From an uncultured virus (IMG/VR IMGVR_UViG_3300031963_009771) (taxonomy: Duplodnaviria; Heunggongvirae; Uroviricota; Caudoviricetes): a DNA stretch of 64,000 nt. Position numbers and translations under genes: made by a program. The stretch lies in the IMG/VR virus record IMGVR_UViG_3300031963_009771, positions 1 through 64,000 of that record. The stretch is one strand, 5' to 3'. Below the pieces are notes generated by a model, which saw nothing but the letters and a program-made list of their open reading frames with translations, made no database searches and was not told the origin of the DNA. Shown in pieces: positions 1 to 8,348 of the stretch. Position 1 is the stretch's first letter, and each line of letters opens with the position of its first letter.

Positions 1-572
1 AATTAGTAGCAGTACCACCTTCAGTATTAATGGCAGGAACATTTGCACAAAATGATAGATTGGGTGCAGAATGGTTCGCACCAGCAGGTTTGAATAGAGG
101 TGGAATTAGTGGAGCTGTGCAAGTAGTAAATAGATTAACGCAATCTGAAAGAGATACATTATACGAAAGTAAAGTAAACCCAATTGCAACATTTCCTGGA
201 CAAGGTATTAGTGCATTCGGACAGAAAACTTTACAAGATAAAGCATCTGCATTAGATAGAATTAATGTAAGAAGATTGTTAATTAACTTAAAGAAGTTTG
301 TAGCATCAACATCAAGATTCTTAGTATTCGAACAAAATACTGCACAAACTAGAAGTAAATTCTTAAACACTGTAAACCCTTATTTAGAGAGTGTTCAACA
401 AAGACAAGGTTTATACGCGTTCAGAGTGGTTATGGATGAAACAAATAATACACCAGATGTAATAGATAGAAACATTTTAGCTGGAGCTATCTTCTTACAA
501 CCTGCAAAGACTGCGGAATTCATTACAATTGATTTCAACATTCTACCGACAGGAGCAACATTTAATGTATAA
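1..572 (+). CDS. Contractile tail sheath protein, C-terminal part (5'-truncated by window)
   Basis: WFAPAGLNRG, VNPIATFPGQG, GQKTLQ, LDRINVRRL, FEQN, NNTPDVIDRN, IFLQPAKTAEFI: typical T4 gp18-like sheath C-terminus. Confidence 0.95.
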   Translation, partial: LVAVPPSVLMAGTFAQNDRLGAEWFAPAGLNRGGISGAVQVVNRLTQSERDTLYESKVNPIATFPGQGISAFGQKTLQDKASALDRINVRRLLINLKKFVASTSRFLVFEQNTAQTRSKFLNTVNPYLESVQQRQGLYAFRVVMDETNNTPDVIDRNILAGAIFLQPAKTAEFITIDFNILPTGATFNV

Positions 573-587
573 TTTGAATAAAAGTAA

Positions 588-595
588 TATTTATA
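588..595 (+). promoter_or_regulatory. Putative late-promoter motif TATTTATA upstream of tail tube gene
   Basis: Same octamer recurs shortly upstream of ORF starts at 3331, 18456, 18828, 42248, 52324, 55892 and 63953. Confidence 0.5.
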
Positions 596-612
596 TAAAA
601 GATTAATATAAC

Positions 613-1104
613 ATGGCAGAAGTATTAGAATTTAACGAGATGTTCTATACGAACTTCGAACCAAAGATGAAGAATCGTTTCATCTTCGAAGTTGACGGTA
701 TCCCTTCATATTTAGTAAAGGCTGGTAACAGACCTACAATTCAATTTGAAAAGGTAACATTAGACCACATCAACATCAAAAGACAGTTAAAAGGTAAAGG
801 TGAGTGGCAAGATTTAGAAATCACTCTTTATGACCCAATTGTTCCATCAGGAGCACAGGCGGTAATGGAGTGGGTAAGAACTTCTCACGAATCTTTGACA
901 GGTAGAGATGGATATGCTGAATTTTACAAAAAAGATGTAGATTTCTATATGTTAGGGCCAGTAGGTGATAAGATTGAACAATGGAAATTAAAAGGAGCAT
1001 TTATATCGCAAGCTAACTTTGGTGAATTAGATTGGGCGAATGCAACTGACCCGGCAATGATTACCGTAACTTTAACTTACGATTACGCAATATTGGAATT
1101 CTAA
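613..1104 (+). CDS. Tail tube protein (T4 gp19-like)
   Basis: Follows sheath; 163 aa; FEPKMKNRF, W-x-D-L-x-ITLYD, W-x-LKGAF, LTYDYA pattern. Confidence 0.92.
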   Translation: MAEVLEFNEMFYTNFEPKMKNRFIFEVDGIPSYLVKAGNRPTIQFEKVTLDHINIKRQLKGKGEWQDLEITLYDPIVPSGAQAVMEWVRTSHESLTGRDGYAEFYKKDVDFYMLGPVGDKIEQWKLKGAFISQANFGELDWANATDPAMITVTLTYDYAILEF

Positions 1105-1124
1105 TTACTCTCAATATACATTTC

Positions 1125-1156
1125 AAAAGGGATACTCAAAAAGTATCCCTTTTTTT
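1125..1156 (+). terminator. Rho-independent terminator after tail tube gene
   Basis: AAAAGGGATACT-caaaa-AGTATCCCTTTT perfect stem followed by T-run. Confidence 0.9.
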
Positions 1157-1203
1157 GTCATAACTGATTGATTTTCAATAAAAAATTTTTAAAAATATTT
1201 TAC

Positions 1204-1250
1204 AAAATGCTTGGAAAATCCAAATATATTTATTATATTTACTATGTAAT
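1204..1250 (+). repeat. 47-nt direct repeat copy 1, containing Bacteroidota-type promoter (TTG-N20-TATATTTA)
   Basis: First 29 nt identical to 1577..1605; 43/47 identical to 1577..1623. Confidence 0.9.
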
Positions 1251-1284
1251 AAGAGATGAGAGATAACCCTAACCCCCTAAAAAT

Positions 1285-1563
1285 ATGAACGACTTCGATT
1301 TCTTCACCGTCAATGCTTCCTCTAACCGAATCACTTCGTTGATGAAGCTACCAAATGTAAAACGTAGTAACATTGAACATAGAGTACACTATGGTAGTGG
1401 TAAGTTCCCTACCCACCTCTATAAGGTAACGCTTGGTTATTATGATGTGATGGAGTTTGGACACTTCGGAGCGAGAGAAAGAGCTAATAAACATATAGAG
1501 GATGTATTGGCTACAAAGCCTGATAATGTTATAATGAGTTTGAAATTTTACTCCAGAGATTAA
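1285..1563 (+). CDS. Hypothetical protein (early-type cassette)
   Basis: 92-aa ORF downstream of promoter repeat. Confidence 0.7.
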   Translation: MNDFDFFTVNASSNRITSLMKLPNVKRSNIEHRVHYGSGKFPTHLYKVTLGYYDVMEFGHFGARERANKHIEDVLATKPDNVIMSLKFYSRD

Positions 1564-1576
1564 AAATAAATATGAG

Positions 1577-1623
1577 AAAATGCTTGGAAAATCCAAATAT
1601 ATTTACTACCTTTATTATGTAAT
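1577..1623 (+). repeat. 47-nt direct repeat copy 2, containing promoter (TTG-N20-TACCTTTA)
   Basis: Matches 1204..1250. Confidence 0.9.
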
Positions 1624-1638
1624 CAAAAGAGATAAGTT

Positions 1639-1929
1639 ATGAAAAATATGATTGATGTAGAATTAACCGAATTGGAACTTAAAGTAATGGAATCTTATGT
1701 TTCAATGTTGTACGCTGAACCGGGTTTTTCCGATGTAGATGCGAAAGATATAAGTGAGGATATAGGAATCTCAACCAAAAGTGTTAGAGGTGCGTTGGGT
1801 TCGTTGGTTAAAAAAGGAATCATTAGTTTAGATGAGAATGATAGTGGTTATGTTATTATTTACTTAAACAATGCTTATTGGTATTTGGTAAATGAGAATT
1901 GGGCTGCTGAAGCTAATATGTATTTGTAA
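1639..1929 (+). CDS. Winged-helix/HTH DNA-binding protein
   Basis: LTELELKVM...DAKDISEDIGISTKSVRGALGSLVKKGII: wHTH pattern. Confidence 0.75.
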   Translation: MKNMIDVELTELELKVMESYVSMLYAEPGFSDVDAKDISEDIGISTKSVRGALGSLVKKGIISLDENDSGYVIIYLNNAYWYLVNENWAAEANMYL

Positions 1930-1958
1930 TAAAATTTAAAACTTAAAATATAAAAGAT

Positions 1959-2225
1959 ATGAACTATTCAGAATTATCAAAATTATCAATTGAAGAATTG
2001 CGTAGTATTAATTCGTTAGTAGTGGATTTAATTAAACAAAAACGAACCATTGCTTCATTAGAGAAAAAAGTGGGGTTGAGAGTTGGTATGAATGTTAGGG
2101 TAAATCACCCTAAGTTGGCTGGTAAGGAGTTATCTATTAATAAGATTAACCGAACCAAAGCCACTTTAAGTGTAAAGAGTGGGGGTGTGTTTATCGTTCC
2201 GATTTCCTTAATTGAAGCGGCATAA
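1959..2225 (+). CDS. Hypothetical protein, possible SH3/KOW-like C-terminus
   Basis: LRVGMNVRV...INKINRTKATL...FIVPISLI. Confidence 0.7.
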   Translation: MNYSELSKLSIEELRSINSLVVDLIKQKRTIASLEKKVGLRVGMNVRVNHPKLAGKELSINKINRTKATLSVKSGGVFIVPISLIEAA

Positions 2226-2250
2226 GGTAGAATTAAAATAGTAAATGTGT

Positions 2251-2283
2251 AAAATAGTAGAGAGTAATCTCTACTATTTTTTA
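2251..2283 (+). terminator. Rho-independent terminator closing the inserted cassette
   Basis: AAAATAGTAGAGA-gtaa-TCTCTACTATTTT 13-bp perfect stem plus T-run. Confidence 0.88.
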
Positions 2284-2330
2284 TTTTTAAAAAACGTTAT
2301 ATATATCTATATACAAAATATAGTTTTATT

Positions 2331-3092
2331 ATGCAAGAACAAAAATACGATTTTCCAACGGAGGTTATATCATTACCATCAGAAGGTAAAGTTTATCCCG
2401 AATCTAATCCTCTATCAAAAGGAACGGTTGAAATTAAGTATATGACTGCTAAAGAAGAAGAAATTTTAGCATCACAAAATTTAATTAAAAAAGGAATAGT
2501 TTTAGATAAATTATTCGAATCAATTATCGTTGATAAGGATATTAATCCAGCTGATATCATAGTTGGTGATAAAAACGCTATTATGCTAGCAACAAGAATC
2601 TTAGCATATGGTCCTTCATATGAAGTTGAGATTTTAAATAGTAGAGACGAAAAGGAAACGGTAAAAATTGATTTATCAAAAGTACAAACAAAGGAAATAG
2701 ATACATCAATATTAAGAAGAGATAATAGATATAATTTCAAAACCCCATCGGGCTATAATTTAGTGATAAAGTTGTTATCACATGGTGATGAGCAAAAAAT
2801 CGATGAGGAAATTAAAGCACTTTCTAAGTTGAATAAAAGTGGAGTAAGTGCCGAATTAACAACTAGATATAGATTCATCATAGTTGAAGTTGATGGAAAA
2901 ACTGATACAAAGAGTATTATAGATTTTATTAATAATAAATTCGTAACAAGAGATACTAGAGCTTTGAGAGAGTTTATAAAAACCTTTCAGCCAGATATAG
3001 TAATGGAATATGAATATGAAGACCCCGAGAGTGGAGAAAAGGAGGTACGCCCGATTCCTATGGGCGTAGGGTTTTTTTACCCTTCCATCTAA
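2331..3092 (+). CDS. Baseplate hub assembly / tail assembly chaperone (T4 gp26-like)
   Basis: LPSEGKVYP, MTAKEEEIL, GDKNAIMLATRILAYG, ends GVGFFYPS; lies between tube and tape measure genes. Confidence 0.8.
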   Translation: MQEQKYDFPTEVISLPSEGKVYPESNPLSKGTVEIKYMTAKEEEILASQNLIKKGIVLDKLFESIIVDKDINPADIIVGDKNAIMLATRILAYGPSYEVEILNSRDEKETVKIDLSKVQTKEIDTSILRRDNRYNFKTPSGYNLVIKLLSHGDEQKIDEEIKALSKLNKSGVSAELTTRYRFIIVEVDGKTDTKSIIDFINNKFVTRDTRALREFIKTFQPDIVMEYEYEDPESGEKEVRPIPMGVGFFYPSI

Positions 3093-3309
3093 TTATTCAG
3101 TAATATTACATTCTCAAATTTTTGATATATGTTATTATGGTAATGGTGGATTAACTCAATCTGAAATCTACAATATGCCAATACATTTGAGAAATTTTTA
3201 TTACAACAAATTGGTAGATGCTAAAAAGAAAGAAAATGAGGCTAATAATAAAGCTGTAAAAAAATCATCAATGCCAAAAACCCCATCTAAAGTGAGAGTT
3301 AATAGATAA
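3070..3309 (+). CDS. Startless +1-frame ORF; probable frameshift extension of the chaperone
   Basis: Open from TAG 3067-3069 to TAA 3307-3309: GFFTLPSNYSVILHSQIFDICYYGNGGLTQSEIYNMPIHLRNFYYNKLVDAKKKENE...; overlaps U7 run at 3072-3078. Confidence 0.7.
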   Translation, partial: GFFTLPSNYSVILHSQIFDICYYGNGGLTQSEIYNMPIHLRNFYYNKLVDAKKKENEANNKAVKKSSMPKTPSKVRVNR

Positions 3310-3324
3310 CTCTCATTTTATTTT
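3293..3324 (+). terminator. Terminator-like hairpin at stop of the frameshift ORF
   Basis: TGAGAGTTA-ataga-TAACTCTCA followed by TTTTATTTT. Confidence 0.65.
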
Positions 3325-3359
3325 ATATGATATTTATAAAAGAGATAAACTATTTTAAA

Positions 3360-3626
3360 ATGAAAATCACAAAAACGGAAGCGAAATTATTCAAAGAAAC
3401 TCATGGTAAGTGGTTAAACGAGAGTAATTTTTTGGCTAAATTCTTTGTAAATAGAGTGAAAAGTGCTTTATTAAATGATAAAGAATTAAAAAAAGCAGTA
3501 GAAGATGCTGATAAGCGTGTAGAAGATGTTAAAGATAGAATAGAAAAGATATCGGGAGGAGATAAAGAATTGGTAAAAAAATCTATACCAACGGATGTAA
3601 GAAAATTTTTAGGATTAGACTATTAA
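3360..3626 (+). CDS. Hypothetical protein (possibly virion-associated)
   Basis: ATG 3360 downstream of TATTTATA at 3331; N-terminal LFKE/WLNE motifs. Confidence 0.7.
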   Translation: MKITKTEAKLFKETHGKWLNESNFLAKFFVNRVKSALLNDKELKKAVEDADKRVEDVKDRIEKISGGDKELVKKSIPTDVRKFLGLDY

Positions 3627-3640
3627 TTATTTTATAATAA

Positions 3641-6058
3641 ATGGCAGAACACGGACATCAAAATAAATCACAACAAGAATATAATGAATTACTTGGAATG
3701 ACTCAATCTCTTTTGGGAAAGATGAGCGATGCCCTGTCAGAATTGGATTCTCAAACCGATAAGAGAAACAAAAAACTTTCAACACAAATATCTCTTACAA
3801 AAGATATAATTAGCGATTTACAAAATGAGAAAGATTTGCAAGCAGCTATCAATCTTTTAACACAGAATGCAAATAATATGTCTTCTCAAAATTTTGGTGT
3901 AAATCAAAAGTTATTAAAAAATTATCAATTACAATTAACTGCTTTACAGGGTATATTACAAAAGCAGCAAGATGCGGCAAAAATATTAGGAAGAGTAAAT
4001 AGTGTTGTAGATGGTGTAAAGGATAAATTTCATGATGTATTTCATGCTATTGATCATGGATTAGGAGATATACCATTTATCGGTGAAAAATTAAAAAATG
4101 CATTTCATCCATTCGCTGAAAAATCACAAAGAATGTTTGGATTAGTTGCCGATAAATTTAAAATGAGTTTTAAACGTTCATTTGAATCTTCATTGGTTAG
4201 TGGAAAAAGTTTCTCACAGGCTACTTTTGGTGGTATAAAAGCAGGATTAGGAGATGCTGGAAAATTGGCAATGAGATTTGCCGGAATGTTAGGGCCTATT
4301 GCAATCGGTATTATTGGCATTGGTGCCGCAATTGGATTGGGATGGCATAGAATGCATGATTTGGAAAAAGCTGCAACCGATTTTAAAACTACAACAGGAT
4401 TAGCTACTGCCGATTTGCATGAACTTGAATACACTATTAAAAATGTTAGTAATAAGTTTGGAGTATTAGGTGTTAGTGCGGAAGATGTTGGTAAAATAAT
4501 GAGTGATTTTACTACTGCAATGGATGGGATGTCAATACCCGCAGAAAGTACTGTTGCGGCATTAGCAGTAATGAGTAAAAACTTTGGTGTGAATGCAAAA
4601 AGTGCTTCAGAAGTAAATAAGGTTTTCCAAAATATGGGAGGATTTTCTGAAGCAGCTGCTACATCATTAACCATGACAGCGGTAGAAATGTCCAATATGG
4701 TTGGAGTTTCTCCTGATCAGGTAATCAAAGATATGGCAGAAAATGCCGGAGAAGCATATCAATATTTTAGAGGTTCACCACAGGAATTAGTAAAAGCAGC
4801 AGTTTATGCAGCTAAAATGGGTGCTTCTATTAAAGATATGACCGCAAGCGCTAATAAACTTTTAGACTTTGAAGAAAGTATATCAAAAGAATTAGAAGCA
4901 TCTGCATTATTAGGAACTAACTTAGATTTTTCAAAAGCTAGAGAGTTGGCATTTACCGGAGATTTGTTAGGAATGCAAAAAGAACTAACAAAAGAATTGG
5001 CAAGTGTTGGAGATATCAGTAAGATGTCTACATATGAGAAACAGGCATTAGTAGATGCTACCGGTCAAGAATTAGATACTTTGATGAATACTCAAAGAAT
5101 TTATAATAAGTTTGGTAGTTTAGATGATGCAAGATTGGCAGCGGCAAATGATTTAATTGCAAGTGGTAAAGATATTGCAGATGTAAGTGAAGCAGATTTA
5201 GAAGCCCAAACTGAAAGATTGGCTAAACAACAAAAGATGCAAGATGCTATGGGATCACTCAAAAATAGTATGAGTGCAATCGGAACGGCATTTACCGATT
5301 TGTTTGCACCAATGGCATCGATGTTTTTAATAGGATTATCACAAGTGGCCAAATTCTTAGCAGGTGTATTAGTTCCAACATTAAATTTTATAGGTTCTTT
5401 AATTAAAACTGTTTTTTCTCCGATAGGATATTTGGTTGGTACCGTAAAGGCATTGGTAGAAGATGGTTTTGGAGGAATGGTTAAAAAATTACAAGAAATG
5501 GGGCCTGTGATGGCTACAATTGTTGGATTAGTTGGTACGTTAGCAGCGATATGGGTTATTAGTATTTTACCCACTGTAATTGCAACCGTATCTAGTTTGG
5601 CTATTGGATTATTAGGAGCATTGTTTGCTGGTATTGCAGCAGTTTGGACATTTGCAGCAGGTTTAATAACATCTGCCATCGCAGCAATTAGTACGATGTC
5701 TGCATTAACATTAGGTATCGGTGCAATTGCAATTATAGGTGGTATTGCGGCTGGAGCAGCTGCAATGAATAGTCAAACCGAAGGAGCTACTACAAAAGCT
5801 GAAAGTGTACAAGATGGTGTTATTTCACCAGGTGGTAATGTAATTTCTACTTCACCGGATGATTTCTTAATAGCAACAAAAAATCCAGGTGCATTAGCAG
5901 ATACGGTGAGTCAAGGTGGAGGGACTTCTATGGAAGGAGTTATTGCTGAATTAAGAGAATTAAAAGCAGCATTTATGGCAAATAGAAATGTGTACATAGA
6001 TGGTCAATTAGTTACATCTAAAATTGCAAGTGTTGCAAGTAAAAATCCAGTAACCTAA
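3641..6058 (+). CDS. Tape measure protein
   Basis: 805 aa, Ala/Gly-rich helical, C-terminal hydrophobic segments, ends NVYIDGQLV; position after chaperone. Confidence 0.88.
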   Translation: MAEHGHQNKSQQEYNELLGMTQSLLGKMSDALSELDSQTDKRNKKLSTQISLTKDIISDLQNEKDLQAAINLLTQNANNMSSQNFGVNQKLLKNYQLQLTALQGILQKQQDAAKILGRVNSVVDGVKDKFHDVFHAIDHGLGDIPFIGEKLKNAFHPFAEKSQRMFGLVADKFKMSFKRSFESSLVSGKSFSQATFGGIKAGLGDAGKLAMRFAGMLGPIAIGIIGIGAAIGLGWHRMHDLEKAATDFKTTTGLATADLHELEYTIKNVSNKFGVLGVSAEDVGKIMSDFTTAMDGMSIPAESTVAALAVMSKNFGVNAKSASEVNKVFQNMGGFSEAAATSLTMTAVEMSNMVGVSPDQVIKDMAENAGEAYQYFRGSPQELVKAAVYAAKMGASIKDMTASANKLLDFEESISKELEASALLGTNLDFSKARELAFTGDLLGMQKELTKELASVGDISKMSTYEKQALVDATGQELDTLMNTQRIYNKFGSLDDARLAAANDLIASGKDIADVSEADLEAQTERLAKQQKMQDAMGSLKNSMSAIGTAFTDLFAPMASMFLIGLSQVAKFLAGVLVPTLNFIGSLIKTVFSPIGYLVGTVKALVEDGFGGMVKKLQEMGPVMATIVGLVGTLAAIWVISILPTVIATVSSLAIGLLGALFAGIAAVWTFAAGLITSAIAAISTMSALTLGIGAIAIIGGIAAGAAAMNSQTEGATTKAESVQDGVISPGGNVISTSPDDFLIATKNPGALADTVSQGGGTSMEGVIAELRELKAAFMANRNVYIDGQLVTSKIASVASKNPVT

Positions 6059-6063
6059 TTAAG

Positions 6064-8070
6064 ATGCCTACAATATTAGAATTATTTAAATCTTCTAAAG
6101 AGAATAAACAAATACCTCAAAATAAGGCAACTTCTTATATTGCTGATAGAGGTCAATTTCTTATTGATAGAGAAAACAAATTAGGAAACTCTATTGAAAA
6201 GAGATTTGATCCTTTAAGAGAAACTGCATTAGAGCAGGAATTGAGTGGATTGAGACCTATGAGGTTAGTTAATTCACCGACATTGTACGGAACTGAAATA
6301 ATAAGAATTACAACTCAAAAAACATCTGATGTTGATGCAATGAAACTTTCTAAAAATCCTAATCAACAAATCAGTTTAGGTAAAATAGGAAAGTTTATAG
6401 AAAAAGGAATTGGGTTTGTAAATAAAACATTAGGAACTCCTCAGAATGTTTTTCCAACTTATGTAATTAATACAAAAGAATTTAAGGAAGGAAGAACTCC
6501 TAATAAAATGATTGATTTAGCAGAAATCAGAAAAGATGCCAGAGGGTCACAATTAGGTAGATTTTTGAAAGATACTGGTGCGGGAACTCCGAATCAATTG
6601 GCTAAACAATCATTCGGAAAAGGAATTAATTTAGCAAAGAGTGCGATAAGAAGTGCATTATTGGGTAGTAGAGTTATTCCCGTAACATCTGGAAGTTTAG
6701 ATAATTTTAATCAAAAATACTTCGAAGATGAGAACGGAGGAACATATTCTGATTCGATGAAGGATTTAACATTAGGAGGTTCTTTACAATCATTCGATAT
6801 ATCAAAAGTTTCACCTGTTTTTGGATTAGATAGAAGTGTAGATGGGGGTCTATTTGGAACACCGCGAAGATTTGCAAATAGAGAAATCGTATATGGATTC
6901 CAATTATCTCAAAATACATCTCACCAAAAAAGAGGAGAGCCTTCACAAAAAGATTTAATTGATAAGTTTAATACACCGGATAGGGGTTATTCATTTGGTA
7001 GAAAAGCTAGTGAATTAAACGATGAAGCAAAAAAGAAAAAGTTTCAAGAAAATGAGATTCTACGATTTATTAAACCTAATTATTTACTAAAAAATAATTG
7101 GAAAAAAGATAGGTACTCGACTGATACTACTAAAAGATCATATCATAATAATACTGAAAAAGTATATGATAATAAATTAGATAACAGAAGAGGTTTATTT
7201 TCAGATAGAGATATTTTAAATCAAACTGGAAGATTAGCTGAATCTGAATTAAAGACAATAAAATATAATGGTAGAACATTAGATGAAGTTGATTTAATAC
7301 CATTAAAATTTCAAAGAGTAAATGATGGTGCATCTGTCTTTTTCAGAGCCACAATGACAGGATTTAACGAACAATTTTCTCCGAGTTGGGAAAATACAAA
7401 AATGTTAGGTTCACCATTTAGTTTTTACAATTATAGCGGAATAGAAAGAAAGGTAAGTTTTAACTTAAAGGCCTATTCAATGTCTCAGGCTGAATTAGTA
7501 ATGATGTGGAGAAGATTGGAATTTTTAGCTCATTGCACATATCCATATCAATACAATGCAGGTATAGTAGAACCTACTTTATTATATTTTACATATGGAA
7601 ATATTTACAACAAAAAAGCCTGTTTTGTTGATAGTTTATCATATTCAATAGAAGATGCAGAAAATCTTTGGGAATTAGGTGGTGGATTATTAAAGACAAA
7701 AGCCGGAACATATAATACTGAATTTGGCAAGAAATTTTACGGTGGTGCTTTAAATGGTGAAGAAAATTCAAAAGAAAATGGTAAAGGTGCAAAGGTTAGT
7801 GAACTTGGATTAGATGTTCAATCTGATGCATCTGGAGTGTATCCAGCTAGGGCGACTCGAATTGAGGGAAATGAGATATATGATAAAAATTTAAAACGTT
7901 CAAATATTGTAAATACTGAAATACAACGAAATCAGGTAAGTAATGGTAATTATAATATGGATAACTATAAATTACCTAAAATTATAAGTATAACCACAAC
8001 ACTTACATTCATAGAAACAAAAGCTACTACTGATTTCAATCTTTATGGATACGGTAAAAAAGTAATGTAA
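6064..8070 (+). CDS. Baseplate/tail-tube initiator-like structural protein
   Basis: FRATMTGFNEQFSPSWE...FYNYSGIERKVSFNLK...SLSYSI tube-initiator-like domain; synteny. Confidence 0.6.
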   Translation: MPTILELFKSSKENKQIPQNKATSYIADRGQFLIDRENKLGNSIEKRFDPLRETALEQELSGLRPMRLVNSPTLYGTEIIRITTQKTSDVDAMKLSKNPNQQISLGKIGKFIEKGIGFVNKTLGTPQNVFPTYVINTKEFKEGRTPNKMIDLAEIRKDARGSQLGRFLKDTGAGTPNQLAKQSFGKGINLAKSAIRSALLGSRVIPVTSGSLDNFNQKYFEDENGGTYSDSMKDLTLGGSLQSFDISKVSPVFGLDRSVDGGLFGTPRRFANREIVYGFQLSQNTSHQKRGEPSQKDLIDKFNTPDRGYSFGRKASELNDEAKKKKFQENEILRFIKPNYLLKNNWKKDRYSTDTTKRSYHNNTEKVYDNKLDNRRGLFSDRDILNQTGRLAESELKTIKYNGRTLDEVDLIPLKFQRVNDGASVFFRATMTGFNEQFSPSWENTKMLGSPFSFYNYSGIERKVSFNLKAYSMSQAELVMMWRRLEFLAHCTYPYQYNAGIVEPTLLYFTYGNIYNKKACFVDSLSYSIEDAENLWELGGGLLKTKAGTYNTEFGKKFYGGALNGEENSKENGKGAKVSELGLDVQSDASGVYPARATRIEGNEIYDKNLKRSNIVNTEIQRNQVSNGNYNMDNYKLPKIISITTTLTFIETKATTDFNLYGYGKKVM

Positions 8071-8348
8071 TGAGATATAACTTAAAAAATATAAAGAGAT
8101 TGGATGATGGTAAAAAGGTGTTAAAGACATCTATACCCAAAACTATTCCCAAAAAGGATGATGATATATACATTATTACACAAGAAACTGATAGATTAGA
8201 TTTATTAGCAAATGAATTTTATAAAGATAGTTCCTTATGGTGGATTATCGCTACCGCTAATAATTTGAATGGTGTAAATATTGGGTTAGAAGCAGGATTG
8301 CAATTAAGAATTCCGAAAAATAAATTTGATATAATAAATCAATACTAA
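8070..8348 (+). CDS. LysM-like baseplate wedge protein (gp53/tail X-like)
   Basis: DRLDLLANEFYKDSSLWWIIATAN...GLQLRIP. Confidence 0.85.
   Translation: MRYNLKNIKRLDDGKKVLKTSIPKTIPKKDDDIYIITQETDRLDLLANEFYKDSSLWWIIATANNLNGVNIGLEAGLQLRIPKNKFDIINQY

Noticed and set aside
1204..1623. 47-nt direct repeat as a CRISPR array or att site
   Set aside because: Only two copies, 373 nt apart, enclosing a gene, and each matches the promoter consensus
2245..2445. 66-aa + strand ORF overlapping the chaperone start
   Set aside because: Spans a terminator and AT-rich promoter region and overlaps a well-supported gene out of frame
4105..5679. Long minus-strand ORFs (196 and 192 aa) and other antisense ORFs in the track
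   Set aside because: They are shadows of well-supported + strand genes, with no motifs or promoters of their own
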